DNA of 64,000 bases. Source: Chiloscyllium plagiosum. Its lineage: Eukaryota. Shown one piece after another: positions 11,760 to 25,969 of the stretch. The notes beneath the pieces were generated by a model that was not told the DNA's origin, ran no database searches, and saw only the letters and a list, made by a program, of their open reading frames with translations. The position numbers and the translations under genes are program-made. Where the stretch lies: the NCBI RefSeq assembly GCF_004010195.1, contig NC_057755.1, positions 9,401,306 to 9,465,305 of the forward strand. The letters are read 5' to 3'. Position 1 is the stretch's first letter; every line of letters begins with the position of its first letter.

Positions 11760-14204
11760 CTCAAAATCTTGATTACTCAATTTAGGCTACTGACCTCTTT
11801 CATTGAGAATGGTCGTTGAAATTCATCAATGGCTTTTGTCTTGGCATTTCTTGAGGTCACTCCACCATAACTGATATTAATCCACAAGAACTTCAACTCT
11901 GCTATTGTAAATTCTGCTTTTTTTAAGTTTATTACCAGTTTTGCTTCTCCTAGTCTTTCACAGGGTTCTGCTACCTGTACACGATGATCTTGTCATGACT
12001 CGCTAGGGATCACTGCATCATCTTTTCCCTCAGTTCCCTTTTTCACGACCAGTTCTGTGAATTTATGTGTCTCGCTTGACCACAGTAGAATTATCTGTGG
12101 CCTTTCACTTCATTGTAAATATCTTTGCTTTCTTTTTTCACTTATGGTAAACCATTATCAGTGTGATGCACTTTTTGTTTTGTAACGTACGATGTCTCCA
12201 TCTTCCAGTTTTGATTGCTCACAGGATGAAATTCATGTCGCTTGCTAAACTTTATCTTATGCACGAATGCGTATATTATCTGCCATATCACATGAATGCT
12301 TATCATCTCTGGAAATGATTTTTTAAACTCCTCCGGCAGAATAATCTTATTTAGAACATCAAAGGTCTTATGTATTTTTAAGCATCTCATCTGTCTATCT
12401 AAATTACTATATTTAATTCTTTCTAACCCAAAATAAGACTGACATGGGTTCTTGTTTACATTTCTGAACCGCTGTCTCTATGCTTCTGGTACCAAATCAG
12501 AGCACTCAAAATAGCCTGTTTGACATCTACAGATTCTCTTGTCCCCTTATCTAACTGCGTGGCAAATACCTCACAAGCGCTGCCTACCAGTTTACTCTGA
12601 ACTAGCATTACCCACAAGTTCTCTGACAACTCCATTTTCCTTGCCATTTTTTCAAATAAAATTAAGAAGCCTTTTCATTGTTCTTATCAAAACGTGGCAA
12701 TATTTTAATGTATTGGTAAGCATTGCTATCTTCCATCTTTTCCTTGATCCTGTTAACTTGAATTTCCTGACTAATTCAAAAATTCCAATAATTAAATTAT
12801 CCCTCTCTTTCCCTTTCTCTTTTTCTCTCAGACACTTTCTCTCTCTCTCTCTTCCTTCTCTCTCTTTGCTCAAACAATAATCTTCTCTCTCTTTCGTTTT
12901 CATTTCTCTCCCTTTCTTTTTCCTCTTTCTCACTCTCTCATGCGCTTTTCTCATGGGTCTTCTTTCTCTTTTGTTTTATCGAACTCCATTTGCCTCAATT
13001 ACAATGTAAAGGTTTCTAACTCTACTACATTAGTCTATTTCTCTGATCCGCCAAAGTGCTTGACCAACTCCATTAAGTTTTCAGCTTTCGCTTTGTCCCT
13101 GGCTAAATCCAATTCTAAGCTGTTTGCTAATTGTAGAAGTATAATTTTCGGATACATTTGTAAACTTTCTTGGAAAATGTGGGAAGCATCTTCACTCCCC
13201 AGAAGCACATTTAAACCTCTTTAGCAATGCTTAGAGCCAATGCGCTCACTTTTAATTTAGCTAACCGAAAGTATCTGAAATTATATAAATTGTCTCACCT
13301 CCGTTTTATTTAAAGATCTATGATACTAATTGGCAAGTGTTTAATTCCTCTGAGACCTTTGTAAAACAAATCTGTTCAAACCTGTTTAACCTCGGACTGG
13401 ATCTGTCTAAACTTGTCCGAATCTACAAAAATCTTGGACATGAACTTTTAAACTGTTGCGCAAGGTGGGGAACTATCCTGTTAATTAAACCAAACACTCA
13501 GAAATGCTCATCTCGCCTGGTAATGTGTTCAAATATGTTTGACAAAAAATTCCCAAATTACACTATTTAAATAAAATAGCATCAAGTTGTTCTTTAAATA
13601 TAAAAATGAACATTAAACAACAACTGTTCACTTACCTAAACCCCATTTTTCTTAACTGCCTATTATCTACTTCCAACTCTATAACAATATACCGTTCCAA
13701 TAAGACGGTTATTAAAATCACATCAACTTAACTTCAAAAATAGACCGCAACTGTTGTCTTCGGAAGCAGTCTTCTTATGGCTGAAGACCTCCCTGTGTCG
13801 TCTTCTTTCCTTTTACTGTGAATATGTTTCACATGAAAAGGTTTATTGATTTCTTGGATTTGTGTTGCTGGTAGTTCCTCTGTCTTCAACTTTCATAATG
13901 TTACATTTTTATGACCCCAGCATCTGATTGTCTCATTGGTCTGATGTTGGCAAAACAATAAATTTAAAATCGATTGAGTTTTTGTATCCTGGAGCATGAT
14001 TAAAACTTATTGTTTATATTCTAATTGGTATCAAAACAGCGACTAAATCAGGTATCCAATACATAATCAGGTGTTAGTAATTTTCAATCTCCCCTGCAAA
14101 TTGAGATTGCCATTAATCACATCACACCTATTTCTGTGAGCTGTCAGTTCAGAACAGCATTCAGTCTCTTTTAAAGGTTCATTATATGGCCTCATCTTCG
14201 TAAC
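11760..14204 (-). mobile_element. Internally deleted Gmr1-like Gypsy LTR retrotransposon (gag + RT remnant + putative LTR ~13454-14204)
   Basis: Gag fragments 12456-12647 (LWVMLVQSKLVG) and 12142-12390 (IILPEEFK). Paralog of 55560-62380 with the protease-integrase-RT N-terminal region deleted at ~12018. Confidence 0.75.
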
Positions 14205-15066
14205 AGAATGAACAACAATTTTAAATTGTGATATGTTAGAAATCAATAATATGCAAATTCCGTTGTTAAATACACAAAGTCTTAGCCAATGAGACTAATT
14301 AACTTTGGTATTTTTATGTATTTGTTTTAAAGTGTCGTAAATTGCATTATGAAATAACAACACACTTTGTCCACTGAACAGAATGTCTGAAAGTTGGCTT
14401 TTTTCTGGCATCCTCGAGTCAAGTGCTTTCAATGATTACATGAATGGCAGTGTTCAAAAGCAGTTGCCTTCGGAGTGCGTTAATATAATTTGACATGGAG
14501 CTTAATCTTCAAATCATGTATTCACAACACAATACAATTAATATATCCAGTATCCATTAAACATGATTCCACTGGTTCATTACTGGACATTTAAAATAAC
14601 CAGTGCCACGTTTTATCAATAACTGAAAGCAGATCTGGGCTTTATAACTTAAACAAAAAAAATGAGCAAATTCTTCTCAGTGCATTAACTTCAGGAAGGG
14701 TCAAGTTAAGCAGACAAAGGCTGTTCGAACTAATCACTACGATTTAACTCAATCCTCTTTAACTTTCACCCTATCTCTCAGACAAAGATAGAGAGATAAT
14801 TAGGTGCAGTTAACCAATCAATCATGAGGAATAAAAATTAATGATATGTAATTGCAAAGTTTACTTCAACAGTTTATATATTCCATAACATCGCAGGCAT
14901 ATGGACATGTTGCTTGCTTGGTTTTTGATTACACAGATGCGTACTTTCAGCTTCCAATAAGCTCCAGGAAATACTAAATGGATTCTCAAAACTGATGATG
15001 TATTCTCTGAAATTCCAACATAGAGATGATGAACGAACAGATAAAAGTAGTGGTAGCTGGTGCATT

Positions 15067-17343
15067 TAGGAGAAAGTGAGGACTGCAGATGCTGGAGATC
15101 ACAGCTGAAAATGTGTTGCTGGAAAAGCGCAGCAGGTCAGGCAGCATCCAAGCAGCAGCAGAATCGACATTTCGGGCATGAGCCCTTCTTGAGGAATGAG
15201 GAAAGTGTGCCATGCAGGCTAAGATAAAAGGTAGGGAGGAGGGACTGGGGGAGGGCGTTGGAAATGCGACAGGTGGAAGGAGGTTAAGGTGAGGGTGATA
15301 AGGTGAGGGTGATAGGCTGGAGTGGAGGTAGGCCGGAGAGGTCAGGAAGAAGATTGCAGGTTAGGAAGGTGGTGCTGAGTTCGAGTGTTGGGACTGAGAC
15401 AAGGTGGGGGGAGGGGAAATGAGCAAACTGAGAAATCTGAGTTCATCCCTTGTGGTTGGAGGGTTCCTAGGCGGAAGATGAGGCGCTCTTCCTCCAGCCG
15501 TCGTGTTGCTATGGTCTGGCGATGGAGGAGTCCAAGGATGCATGTCCTTGGTGGAATGGGAGGGGGAGTTGAAGTATTGAGCTACGGGGTGGTTGGGTTA
15601 GTTGGTCCAGGTGTCCCAGACATGTTCTCCGAAACGTTCCGCAAGTAGGGGGCCCTGTCTCCCCAATATAGAGGAGGCCATATCGGGTGCAGCGGATGCA
15701 GTAAATGATGTGTGTGGAGGTGCAGGTGAATTTGCGGCGGATATGGAAGGATCCCTTGGGGTCTTGGAGTGAAGTAAGGGGGAGGTGTGGCGCAAGTTTT
15801 GCAATTCTTGCAGTTGCAGGGGAAGGTGACAGGAGTGGAGCTTGGGTGAGAATGTGGACCTGACGAGGGAGTCATTCAGGGAGTGGTCTTTTCGGAACGC
15901 TGATGGGGAGGAGAGGGAGATATATCCCTGGTGGTGGGGTCCATTTGGAGGAAATATATTCCTGGTGGTGGGGTCCATTTGGAGGTGGCGGAAATGACGA
16001 TGGATGCTACGATGTATATGGAGGTTGGTGGGGTGGTCGGTGAGGACCAGTGGGGTTCTGTTCTGGTGGCGATTGGAGAGGCGGGGCTTAAGGGCGGAGG
16101 AGCGGGAAGTGGAGGAGATGCGGTGGAGAGCATCGTCGACCACGTCTGGGGGGAATTGCAGTCTTTGAAGAAGGAGGCCATCTGGGTTGTACGGTATTGG
16201 AACTGGTCCTCTTGGGAGCAGATGCAGTGGAGACGAAGGAATTGGGAATATGGAATGGCGTTTTTACAGAGGGCAGGTTGGGAGGAGGTGTCGTCTAGGT
16301 AGCTGTGGGAGTTTGTCGGTTTATCGTAAATGTCCATGTTGATTCGGTCGCCCGAGATAGAAATGGAGAGGTCTAGGAAGGGGAGGGAGGAATCTGAGGT
16401 CTAGGAAGGGGAGGGAGGAATCTGAGACGGTCCAGGTAAATTTGAGGTCGGGGTGGAAGGTGTTAGTAAAGTGGATGAACTGTTCAACCTCTTCGTGCGA
16501 GCATGAGGCAGCACCGATACAGTCATCGATGTAGCAGAGGAAAAGGTGAGGGGGTTGTGCCAGTGTAGCTGCGGAAGATGGACTGTTCCACATATCCTAC
16601 GAAGCGGCAGGCATAGCTGGGGCCCATGCGGGTGCCCATGGCTACTTCTTTGGTTTGGAGGAAGTGGGAGGATTGGAAAGAGAAGTTGTTCAGAGTGAGG
16701 ACTAGTTCAGTCAGTCGAAGGAGGGTCTCACTAGAAGGGTACTAGTTGGTACGACGGGAAAGGAAGAAGCGGAGGGCTTTGAGTCCTTCGTGATGGGGGA
16801 TGGAGGTGTATAGGGACTGGAAGACCATGGTGAAGATAAGACGTTGAGGACCAGGGAAGCAAAAATCATGGAGGTGGTGGAGGGCGTGGGTGGTCTCCTG
16901 AACGTAGGTGGGGTGTTCTTGGACTAAGGGGACAGGACCGTGTAGAAGTATGCAGAAATGAGTTCGGTGGGGCAGGATCTGGCTGAGGCAATGCGTTGGC
17001 CGGGGCAGTCAGGTTTATGGATTTTGGGCAGGAGGTAGAAACAGGCGGTGCGGGGTTGTGGGACTATGAGGTTGGAGGCGGTGGATGGGAGATCTGCTGA
17101 GGTGATGAGGTTATGGATGGTCTGGGAGATGATGGTTTGATGGTGGGAGGTGGGGTCATGGTCAAGGGGACAATAGGAGGAGGTGTCCGAGAGCCAGCGT
17201 TTAGCCTCAGCGGTGTAATGATCGGTGCGCCAAACTACTACCACGCCTCCCTTGTCTGCCGGTTTGATAGTGAAGTTGGGGTTGGAATGAAGGGAGGGGA
17301 GGGCTGGACGTTCTGAGGGTGAGAGGTTGGAGTGGGTGAGAGG
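15067..17343 (-). mobile_element. Penelope-like retroelement (RT + GIY-YIG), 5' truncated, frameshifted, 8-bp TSD
   Basis: FYLLPKIHK, YIDD, KNAIPYSQFLRL and FPCNCKNCKTC motifs in ORFs; GC-rich; TSD GGTGCATT at 15059-15066 and 17344-17351; absent in paralog near 63150. Confidence 0.9.
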
Positions 17344-18454
17344 GGTGCATTAACAACATTTAAAATTCATCAGGATTGGTATGTGAACAGGAACTCTTTC
17401 AATGGATATGGAACACGTGTTGACAAATGGAACTAAAATAATTTCGGTTATCTGTTCGAGGTGGACCACAGGGTCGGTTTCTGTGTCATACATCTCAAAG
17501 ACTAAATGGCTGTATATCTCAGTCCTGAAGCTTTCCATCATAAACAGAGTCAATAACCAGATCAACACGCCTTTTCCCTTCCAGACTGACTGACTTTCCA
17601 CGAGGCCCAAGTTTTCATCAATATTTGCAATCTGCTTGAGCATAAGTCCGATCTGAAGTAGAAGCATCTGTAGAGCACTTTCCATCAAGAAACAACTTGA
17701 AGTTAACGTTCAGATCTCGCCTCAACGACCATTTAGACCTTGTGTAATCTTTTCTTCTTTTATATGAACAAACTGTTACCGTTATTCCAAACACTCACTT
17801 TCAGCCTGCAGTTCAAAACTACAAAATAAAATGAAAAGAAGAATAAAATAATATAATGATAAATCAGCAAGCGTTCAAAGAAAATATCAAGAATGCATTC
17901 ACTGTGAAATGGTATTGATTGCACGATGAGAGAAGCCGACTGTTTACATTCAGGATTTTGTCCACCAGGATCAGACGGTCATCAATTATTAACACCTCAA
18001 CAGTAAAAGTCTTTCAAGCTGGATAACAAAGAGCTTGTTTATTAAGTGTAATTTGCAAGTTGCAGAAACAACATCTCATTTACTGCTTAGTTCTCTGTCC
18101 AAACTACAGAAACAACATGAGTATTTTTGGTGCGCAGCTTTATAGCCTTATAGCTACAAATCCTTTCACATTTGTGCCCTTATTGTTTTGAAGACGTGGG
18201 CGTATTCTACCTTGAAGAGAGCTAGAATCAAGCAGAAGGACCCGACAGCACCAAGTGTTCTCAATAAGGTACCAAATTAACACTTGGTCGAAAAATTGAT
18301 CAGTTGGTTTGCCTGTAGACAAAAACAGATTCGAATTTCGCCAGTCACTTGAAATTATTACCCGAATACTGCCAAAATTCAATCAAGTTTAAATTTGTAC
18401 ATTGACAATCTTGAAAGCCATACACGGGGTATAGGACTGGAGGAAAATTGAAAT

Positions 18455-18598
18455 TAGATTACATGACAGCGTGGAAACAGGCCCTTCGGCCCAACAAGTC
18501 CAAACGCCACACAGTCAGTCGCCTGAGGTTGAGGAATTGAACCCGGGTCTCAGGCGCTGTGAGGCAGCAGTGCTAACCACTGTGTCACCGTGCCGCCC
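18455..18598 (-). mobile_element. HE1-type tRNA-derived SINE (internally deleted)
   Basis: Reverse complement of gggcggcacggtgacacagtggttagcactgctgcctcacagcgcc...cccgggttcaattcc (pol III A/B boxes). Confidence 0.8.
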
Positions 18599-19619
18599 AC
18601 AAGCATAACTGCCAAGACATCAGCATGTAAAGAGTGCCAGAAAAATAGCTCTCTAAAGGTACCTTTATTGATCAGTATCCTGTGAAGCAGAAAACATGGT
18701 AGTGATTATAGAAGTACTCAAAGACGAATGTTGCTGAAATGGAGGATAATGTATTTTTCTCACAATTATACAGCCTGGAATCATATAACACTGAAGTTGT
18801 TCGACAGATCATTCTTCAATAACGTGTGTTACGGCAGTTTGAATTGGTTATAACATGATAGACGAATTGTGGGCATGGTTTGGATAATGCTTGAGTAAAT
18901 TGATTTTCTATTAACAGTCATCTACAGCACTATCTTCTACAGCGTGCTGTTTTAGTGTAACATAACTGTCACATTATAATAGAACAAACCAGACCAGCTA
19001 AATTGCACTGCTTCCTTCATTCCTCCCCATTTATTGCACTCGACAAACAGGCTTTGAACCGACACTGTCATACCCTGCATAACTTTCACCATTCAAGCGT
19101 TGGGTTAACTGGCTACAGGGTGGTTGAATGAATTTTCCAGAGATGATTAATTCCACGGAGTTCAATAGAATCCAAAGTTTCTGTCTTTGAGATATATGGA
19201 AACTCTATCCTAATGGCATTGTATAAAGTACAATTGGAAATCCAATTTTCTGGGTGAGTGATAGTCGGCATAGTCGAGACATTATGTTTGGCTCGCGTTG
19301 ATTTACTCCTGGGAATGATAAAGCCAGGGTCAAAGTTATTCTTTTTTCGAATATCATGAACAGTCTAGTTGACTCCAAGACGACCGAAAAATTGCAATAA
19401 TATATTTAGTTTGTAATAAAATCGCGCATAGTAAGCAGATAAGTGGCAAAATAAAGTCTAGAACCAGAGATCACTCTCACACAATTCACATGTAAGGTCA
19501 TCCACAAATCAATGCGTGAAATGAGAGTAACTCAAAAGAAAGTTTCAGCGTTAATTGAACAGTGGAAGCAGGTCCAGAGAGTTTAAACTAATTCTGAGTC
19601 TGAGGGAGTTCCTTGGTTT

Positions 19620-20110
19620 TTATTTATACATTCACAAGATGTGGGTGTCGTTGACTGGTCAACATTAAATGTTCATTCCACCCCTAATTCCCAAAGGGCA
19701 CTGAACTGTCAAGCAAATTGCTGTTGATCTGGAATCATATGGGACCAGACGTGGAACGTATAACAATATTCTTTCCCCCCAAAAAATTAGTCGATTAGAT
19801 TGTGTTATGAAAATATTTGCTGGACATATTTCTCTGCATCATTATGACGGAATTCCCTTCCTCGCTGCATTGTAAGTCAGCAAGTGTACTTTCGTATTTG
19901 AAGAAGACAGCTCACCATCATTTTCGCAAGAGCAACTAAGGGCGGGTAATAAAATGTAGGCATAGACAACGATGTCCATTTGAAAAAAAACTAGACCAAC
20001 TATTTATTTCTGATTTCCTCAGAATAAAATTCACCACCTGCGACAATATGATATATACCTGTGTCCCCAGATGTATTATCCTGGTAAGCTGCATTACTAA
20101 CTCAGTAAAT
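19620..20110. mobile_element. Old LINE/SINE remnants
   Basis: Similar to the LINE tail at 5320-5550; degenerate. Confidence 0.4.
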
Positions 20111-20439
20111 TACCAATAAAGCAGAACCTCTAAACTCTTCTAGATTCTCTTCTCGATGGATCAAGTATTAGGATATTATTCTCAAACGTTACAGCTTTAA
20201 GAACCTTTAGATCAAAGAAGATGCATCCTTGCCTGTTTCCAGCTAAATATAATAAGCTGTGGATGAATAAATTAATCAAACTACTCTGCAACGGCCTATT
20301 ATTTTTAGACTCCCTGTGAATGAAAAAGAAAACCAAAAGTTCAGTGGGGTAACGATGAAATACAATGTGATGAGGGAAGAGAAAGGTGATTGGGCAGGAA
20401 TCGCTTGTGAATCATGCAATTTTCATCAGACTAATTAAT

Positions 20440-22140
20440 GAACGCAAATTTGTTGAGAAAGGAAAATTGGAGAAACAACACTACAGTATTGTCTCATTGT
20501 GCCATGATGAGAAACCGTAATGAACTCCTCAGGAGACTGTCACAGCCTATGCCAGATCGTGTTCACTTCCTTGTCTCGAATTTCCCGAGAGTGGAACACA
20601 ATACCATGCTCTTCGCAACCTGTAACATATTATCGATAAGCATGAGCACCTTTCCAAGATATTTCCTCCACTTCTCAACTAAAAACAACTGCTCAACTTT
20701 TAACAGACCATTGTTTTCAGCAAAATGCTGAGTTTTCAGGAAAATGTCGACCACAATATAATGCAACACTGGCCTGGCAACCACTGCATGACGTTTCAGA
20801 ATGTCGACATGGACGCTAACATTAGACATGGGGACACCACCCACTACGTGCACAGCAGGTGCACATGTGACTCGGCAAACGGTGTCTATATCATACGGTG
20901 CAGGCAAGGAAGCCCCGAGGTATGGTACTTTGGTCCAACCATGCAGATGCTATATTAACAGATAAATGGAACAATCATGCAACAATCACCATACTGTAAT
21001 GTTTCATCGCAGTTTGGGGAATACTTAATTGATCAAGGACTGTCAGACTCGGACCTTCGGGTGACCAACCTCTAAGGTGGACTTCGGGATCTGCATCAAT
21101 GCAAAGTCAGAGAAAGTGAGGACTGCAGATGCTGGAGACCAGAATCGAGAGTGTGGTGCTGGAAAAGCACAGCAGTTCAGACAGCCTCCGAGGACCATGA
21201 AAGTCGTCGCTTCAGGCATAACCTCGCATCAGAAATGCAGGGACATTTGCCCAAAACGATGTCACTGGTCCTACTCTTCGGATGCTAACTGATCTACTGC
21301 GATTTTGCAGCTTCTCACTCTCGACTGTGAACAATATAGCGTCACCGAGCAGAGGCTAACAGCAAAGTTCGGTATGCCACGGATAACCTCAACCAACTCG
21401 TAAGGTTCATGTCATACTACAGGTGTGACATGAACACTCTCTCAAACAGAGTCACTCACCAGCACGCATACACACCCACTCTTACACATGATCACACTCA
21501 CACATTCATTCAGACCATCTCTCATACACAAGTTGTCTCTCAAACATAGACACGCACACCCAAGCGCACGTGCACACACTCACGGTCACGTACGCCATCA
21601 CACTGGTGCATGCACTCTCAAGAACGTACACACACTCTGAGACACGTACACAAACTCTCTCTCTCTCTCTCGCCCCCTCACACGCTCATACATTCCACTT
21701 TGTTTAAGACACACACAATCTGTAGGCAGTCAGTTCATGTGGCATTTCATAAATTTCTACTTTGGAAATACGACCACTCTATCTTAAACTCGCAATGCAG
21801 ACGGAATCTCACCTCACACTTTTAATGCATTGTCTCAGATGAAATGTCACTTTTTGAGAAAAAAAGAATTAATATCTTAAGTTATCTCAGAAATGTGCAA
21901 GAGGTTTTGGGAATTCATATACTAACGAATTGCAACATGCAAGCCATTCTAAGTGAATAAGAGTTTATAGCAATCTTGGTTTGTTTAATACATCCCATCA
22001 GCTATATTACACTTCGTTATTTTACTCTAAACTCTGCTTTTCCCTGATCTACCTAATGAAATAGCAGTATTCCAAAAGTTTGCATTTCCCAGTACATCTG
22101 TTGGACTCTCACCTGGAGTTGAAGGATTCGTTAACTTTGC
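20440..22140 (+). mobile_element. Degenerate Penelope-like element 3' part (GIY-YIG) with nested fold-back insert at ~21105-21330 and CA-rich tract
   Basis: ORF 20725-20958 TCDSANGVYIIRCRQGSPEVWYFG is a PLE GIY-YIG motif. Confidence 0.75.
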
Positions 22141-22149
22141 CCTTCCTAA

Positions 22150-22860
22150 TTCAAGAGCAGAACTTCCACATCATTAATTTTCCTTTTAGCCTCCACTGCT
22201 CCAATAAAAATGACACTAGTGTTTCTAGCCTGTCATGATATCTCCTATCCTCTATCCAGGCAGCATTCTGATAAAACTCTTCTGCACTCTCTCCAAAGCT
22301 TCCATATCCTTCTTGTAGTGTGATGACAAGATTGAACGCATTACTCTCAGTATGGAGTAATGATAGTTTTATAAAGCGGCAACGTGACATCCTGGTCCCT
22401 CTACTCAATCCCCGCAACAACAAAGGCAATAATGCAATATGCCATTTTTGATACCGACTTTGAGGTAGCTATGCACTTGAACAAAAGATCCCTCTGTACA
22501 TCAATGCTGTTCAGCTCCTGCTATTAACCATATGTATTTACTTAACCTTTTGTCTTCTGAAGTGCAGTGTCTTACCGGTTTAAAATCTCATATTTCTCGG
22601 CCCATATCTTCAACAGATCCATATCGTGTCAAGTACCAGAGGAAGTGCATTTATTGCGAGAGAAGTGTGAATTCAATCGAAATGAAAGAATCACTTTTTT
22701 TGCACAGAGCGGAGTAGGATCCTGGGATGCATTGCCAAGGATGGTGGTGAGGCTGATACTATAAAGGGGTGCAAAGGAGTTTTAGATAAGGACATGATCA
22801 TCTAATAAAGAGTCATATGGACCATGGATATGCAGAAGGGATTAATTTAATTTAATTTCT
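22150..22860. mobile_element. CR1 fragments (minus 22150-22620, plus 22625-22860)
   Basis: ORF 22151-22429 and FFAQSGVGSWDALP resemble the CR1 ORF2 C-terminus. Confidence 0.6.
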
Positions 22861-23099
22861 GTGTTGCACTATTCAATGACATCAGCATGTTTGCGACTAT
22901 ATCTCACTTGGCTGAATCACTAGCTTACATTGTTGAGTAATGAAAAGTGTATAGGTTCAATTGATGTTATGGCTACATTTACCTTGCCTCTTGCCTGAGG
23001 TGGTGACACTCAGGTTAAATCGCCATCTGATGTTTCTCTCTCATGAGAGTACATTTCTATAGCAACATTATATTTATATAACTTTGCAACCAGTTTATT

Positions 23100-24700
23100 A
23101 TTCTGTGTGCACATGTGTTCACTCAAAAACGTCTGAAAAACACAAATGTTTCATTAACCCCTTTATTTTAGCTTGGCTGGAGGGAGGTCCGGAGTCAACA
23201 CCAATGGACTCATGTGGCACCATTATGTGTAGCATAAAATCGCGGCAACCAGTTTCTCCTGTTCCCTTTTTCATCTTCCGTTTACTCAGTCATAAACAGC
23301 TTTTAACATCTCCAAGCCTTTGGGAATTCCAGTCGCTGTACATACCTTTTATGCCTCTTTCACATGCATTATTCCTTTAAGGACCAATATCATTCCATTT
23401 GCAATTGGCTTTTTCCTACCATACTTTAATGATTTCCAGTTTTTTTTTCCACAGTTTTTTTTTCTAAACTAAATTTATTGCCTATTCACAAGAGGACACA
23501 TCGGAGGTCATACCCTTCGGTCAAGCTTCCACCAAATCGTTTGTTAAGTGCAGCACGTCCTTTCCTTAAATAATTTTCCTGGTTAGGTTTCTCTCACACA
23601 TAAAAGGGTCTCCCTTTTCCAGGTACATTGAGTGATTCTGCCATCATACTTCATTGTTCTGCAATAAACAAATTTCAACTGGCTATTTCAATATTACGGA
23701 GTGAGAAATTTAGCCTTCCTTTTTCATTATTTCACAATTTTAACCAGCCCTATTTAAGGAGGCAGCTATGTAAAGCTAGTCAATAAGGTACAGGCGACAA
23801 CTTGCTTGATCTGGATCACCAGCCCAGCCTTTTTGTCTCCGGAACAATACAGAGTAGCCAATGTCACTCCGCACCAACTGACAGCAAACTCATCAAAACA
23901 AAACTCTCTTACCTTATAATCCCGGTCCGGATGGTTCATTTGATCCCGTCAAAGTGCTCGTCTCACTGGGCGAGGGGTAGATAATCTGTCCGAACACAAG
24001 GAGTGGTCGGATATAAAATTATTCGCGATGCCCTTCCAATCCATTGTGCGAGATTCAAACCCTTGTTCTTCACATTCCGCCCAGAGAAATGTTCCCTTTG
24101 TTGGGATTTGAGTCATAACCCCAAAATGTTGGCTCAAATAGTTCCAGACCACACAATAGTTTCAATAACCTCTTTATTTTCGCTCAGCTGGCAAGAGGTC
24201 CGGATTCAATACCAGAGTAACGGTCAAGCTTTCACCTGATGCACTGTCGATGGACCTGTTTTTCTGGGATAATATCAGTACAGTTTATAGACTCCACATC
24301 TCTCAACCCATACGTTCCCCATGAGTCATAAAACGTTAACCAGCGCAGTTAACAATGTTCTGTTGAATGAAGGAAACTGTCTAAGCTGCAGCTGCACACT
24401 GCTATTTGTGCACATAGAAACACATTTTAAAATTGATGGTACATCGTTGGTTTAGCAAAACTTTTAACTAATGCTTCCCCCATAATCGGTTACATGCGCT
24501 CTGCTTGTTTGATTCTATCTCTGAGTGCAAAACGACGATGTGATCAAATTTACAGGTATGTGCTTATTACTAGAGAACATTGTGAAAAATGCAAAACGAC
24601 TGTCCGAAATTAAATGAAGCACATACATGCCAGTCAATTTAAATTTAGAATGAATGTAAAAATGAAATTGCGTGTTGTAAATGGGTAATTATCAAACTGA
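23100..24700 (-). mobile_element. Possible ERV/LTR-element remnant (LTR, PBS, leader/gag)
   Basis: gggatttgagtcataaccccaaaatgt at ~24103-24129 resembles a degenerate reverse-complemented PBS next to an LTR end; tttatt (minus-strand AATAAA) follows. No clear protein motif. Confidence 0.3.
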
Positions 24701-25094
24701 CATAACATTCACTGTCCAGAGCGCTGAAATCTGAAGAAATCTGACGGGATTCGAAACACAATTTTCTTTCCAAAAAGGCTGCTAAACCAGCTGATTTCCT
24801 CCAAAAATTTCTACTTTGTATTTGCTGTGTTCAATTTTTAGTGAAATATGCTGAATGCACTCATGAGACCGCTTCTGTGGTTTAGCTGTGAGTTGATGGA
24901 AATTAGAAATTATACGAAATTTAAATCATAAACTGTAGGATAAAATGTTCCTTAAGAATCAGCAAACTAACCGACAACATTGAAAGCTGCCAAATTATTT
25001 TTTAAACTGAATTGGCTGAGAGGAATTCACCCTAATGTTGGCCTCGGTATATGTCATATATCTCTCAGTCTATTGCTCTGTATTTTCAATAACA

Positions 25095-25440
25095 TAGAAT
25101 AAAATAATAGAATTCCTACAGTGTGGAAACAGGCCATTTTGGCTCAACATGCCCATACCGATCTTCGGAAGAGTCTCTTCTCACACCCATTCACTGAACC
25201 TATTACTTTACAGTTCCTCGGACTAGTGCACCTAATCTTCATGTCCAAAAACACGATGGAGAATTTAGAAGGGCAAATTCACTTAACCTGCACATGTTTG
25301 GATTGTGTGAGGAAACGGAAGCACCCGGAGGAAACCCAAATGGACACCGGGAGTATGTGCAAACTCCACACAGACAATCACCCAGACTGGAATCAAATCC
25401 GTGTCCCTGGCGTTGTGAGGCAGCAGTGATAACCACTGGG
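25095..25440 (-). mobile_element. HE1-type SINE
   Basis: Reverse complement of cagtggttatcactgctgcctcacaacgccaggg...gtgtggagtttgcaca...cctgtttccacactgtagg. Confidence 0.8.
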
Positions 25441-25969
25441 CCCAATTCAATCAGGAATGGAAAGTGACGGATAATTGACTGCAGAAAAAAAATTACATTC
25501 ATACTATTCGGTTTGAGCAATTGTCAGTTGCAATCAAGTTTATTTCGTTGAGGTTTCACGAGTTTTAAAATATTGCTTTCCTCCATAATTTATCACATTT
25601 TTGCTGATTCATGTGAACAACAATCCTTCTTTCTCTAATACTTGCCCTTCCACAAATAATACATTTTACTTTCAATTTTGTTGAATACTTACAAACAGTT
25701 TTGATTAATGAATATGCTTGAGGAAACATTCTGTCTGTACATTTAATAAAAACGATTGTAGCATGGTTAAATCACGACTGCAATTTCCACCTGGACTGTG
25801 ACATCAGAGTTGATTTCATAACGATTTGACGTTAAAACAATCAAGAATGAGGGACAGTTATTTTATTTTCTCCCCATTCATCATCTTTATCGAGACCTAA
25901 TAAATTATCCTGGCATCATACGAGAAAAAAAATGTATTTCTATCAGCTAACAGGTATTCTTAATCCCTC

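Larger units (their letters stand above)
1..18100 (+). repeat. Segmental duplication unit, copy 1 (paralog 45799-~63900)
   Basis: Colinear matches throughout, e.g. 1/45799, 6555/50443, 11683/55466, ~17985/~63830. Confidence 0.92.

Noticed and set aside
12539-12954. Low-complexity ORFs (RE/K-rich and SL-rich), also 60929-61220
   Set aside because: GA-rich coiled-coil region of degenerate gag and its antisense.
18540-18598. tRNA gene
   Set aside because: tRNA-like head of a SINE; no complete cloverleaf.
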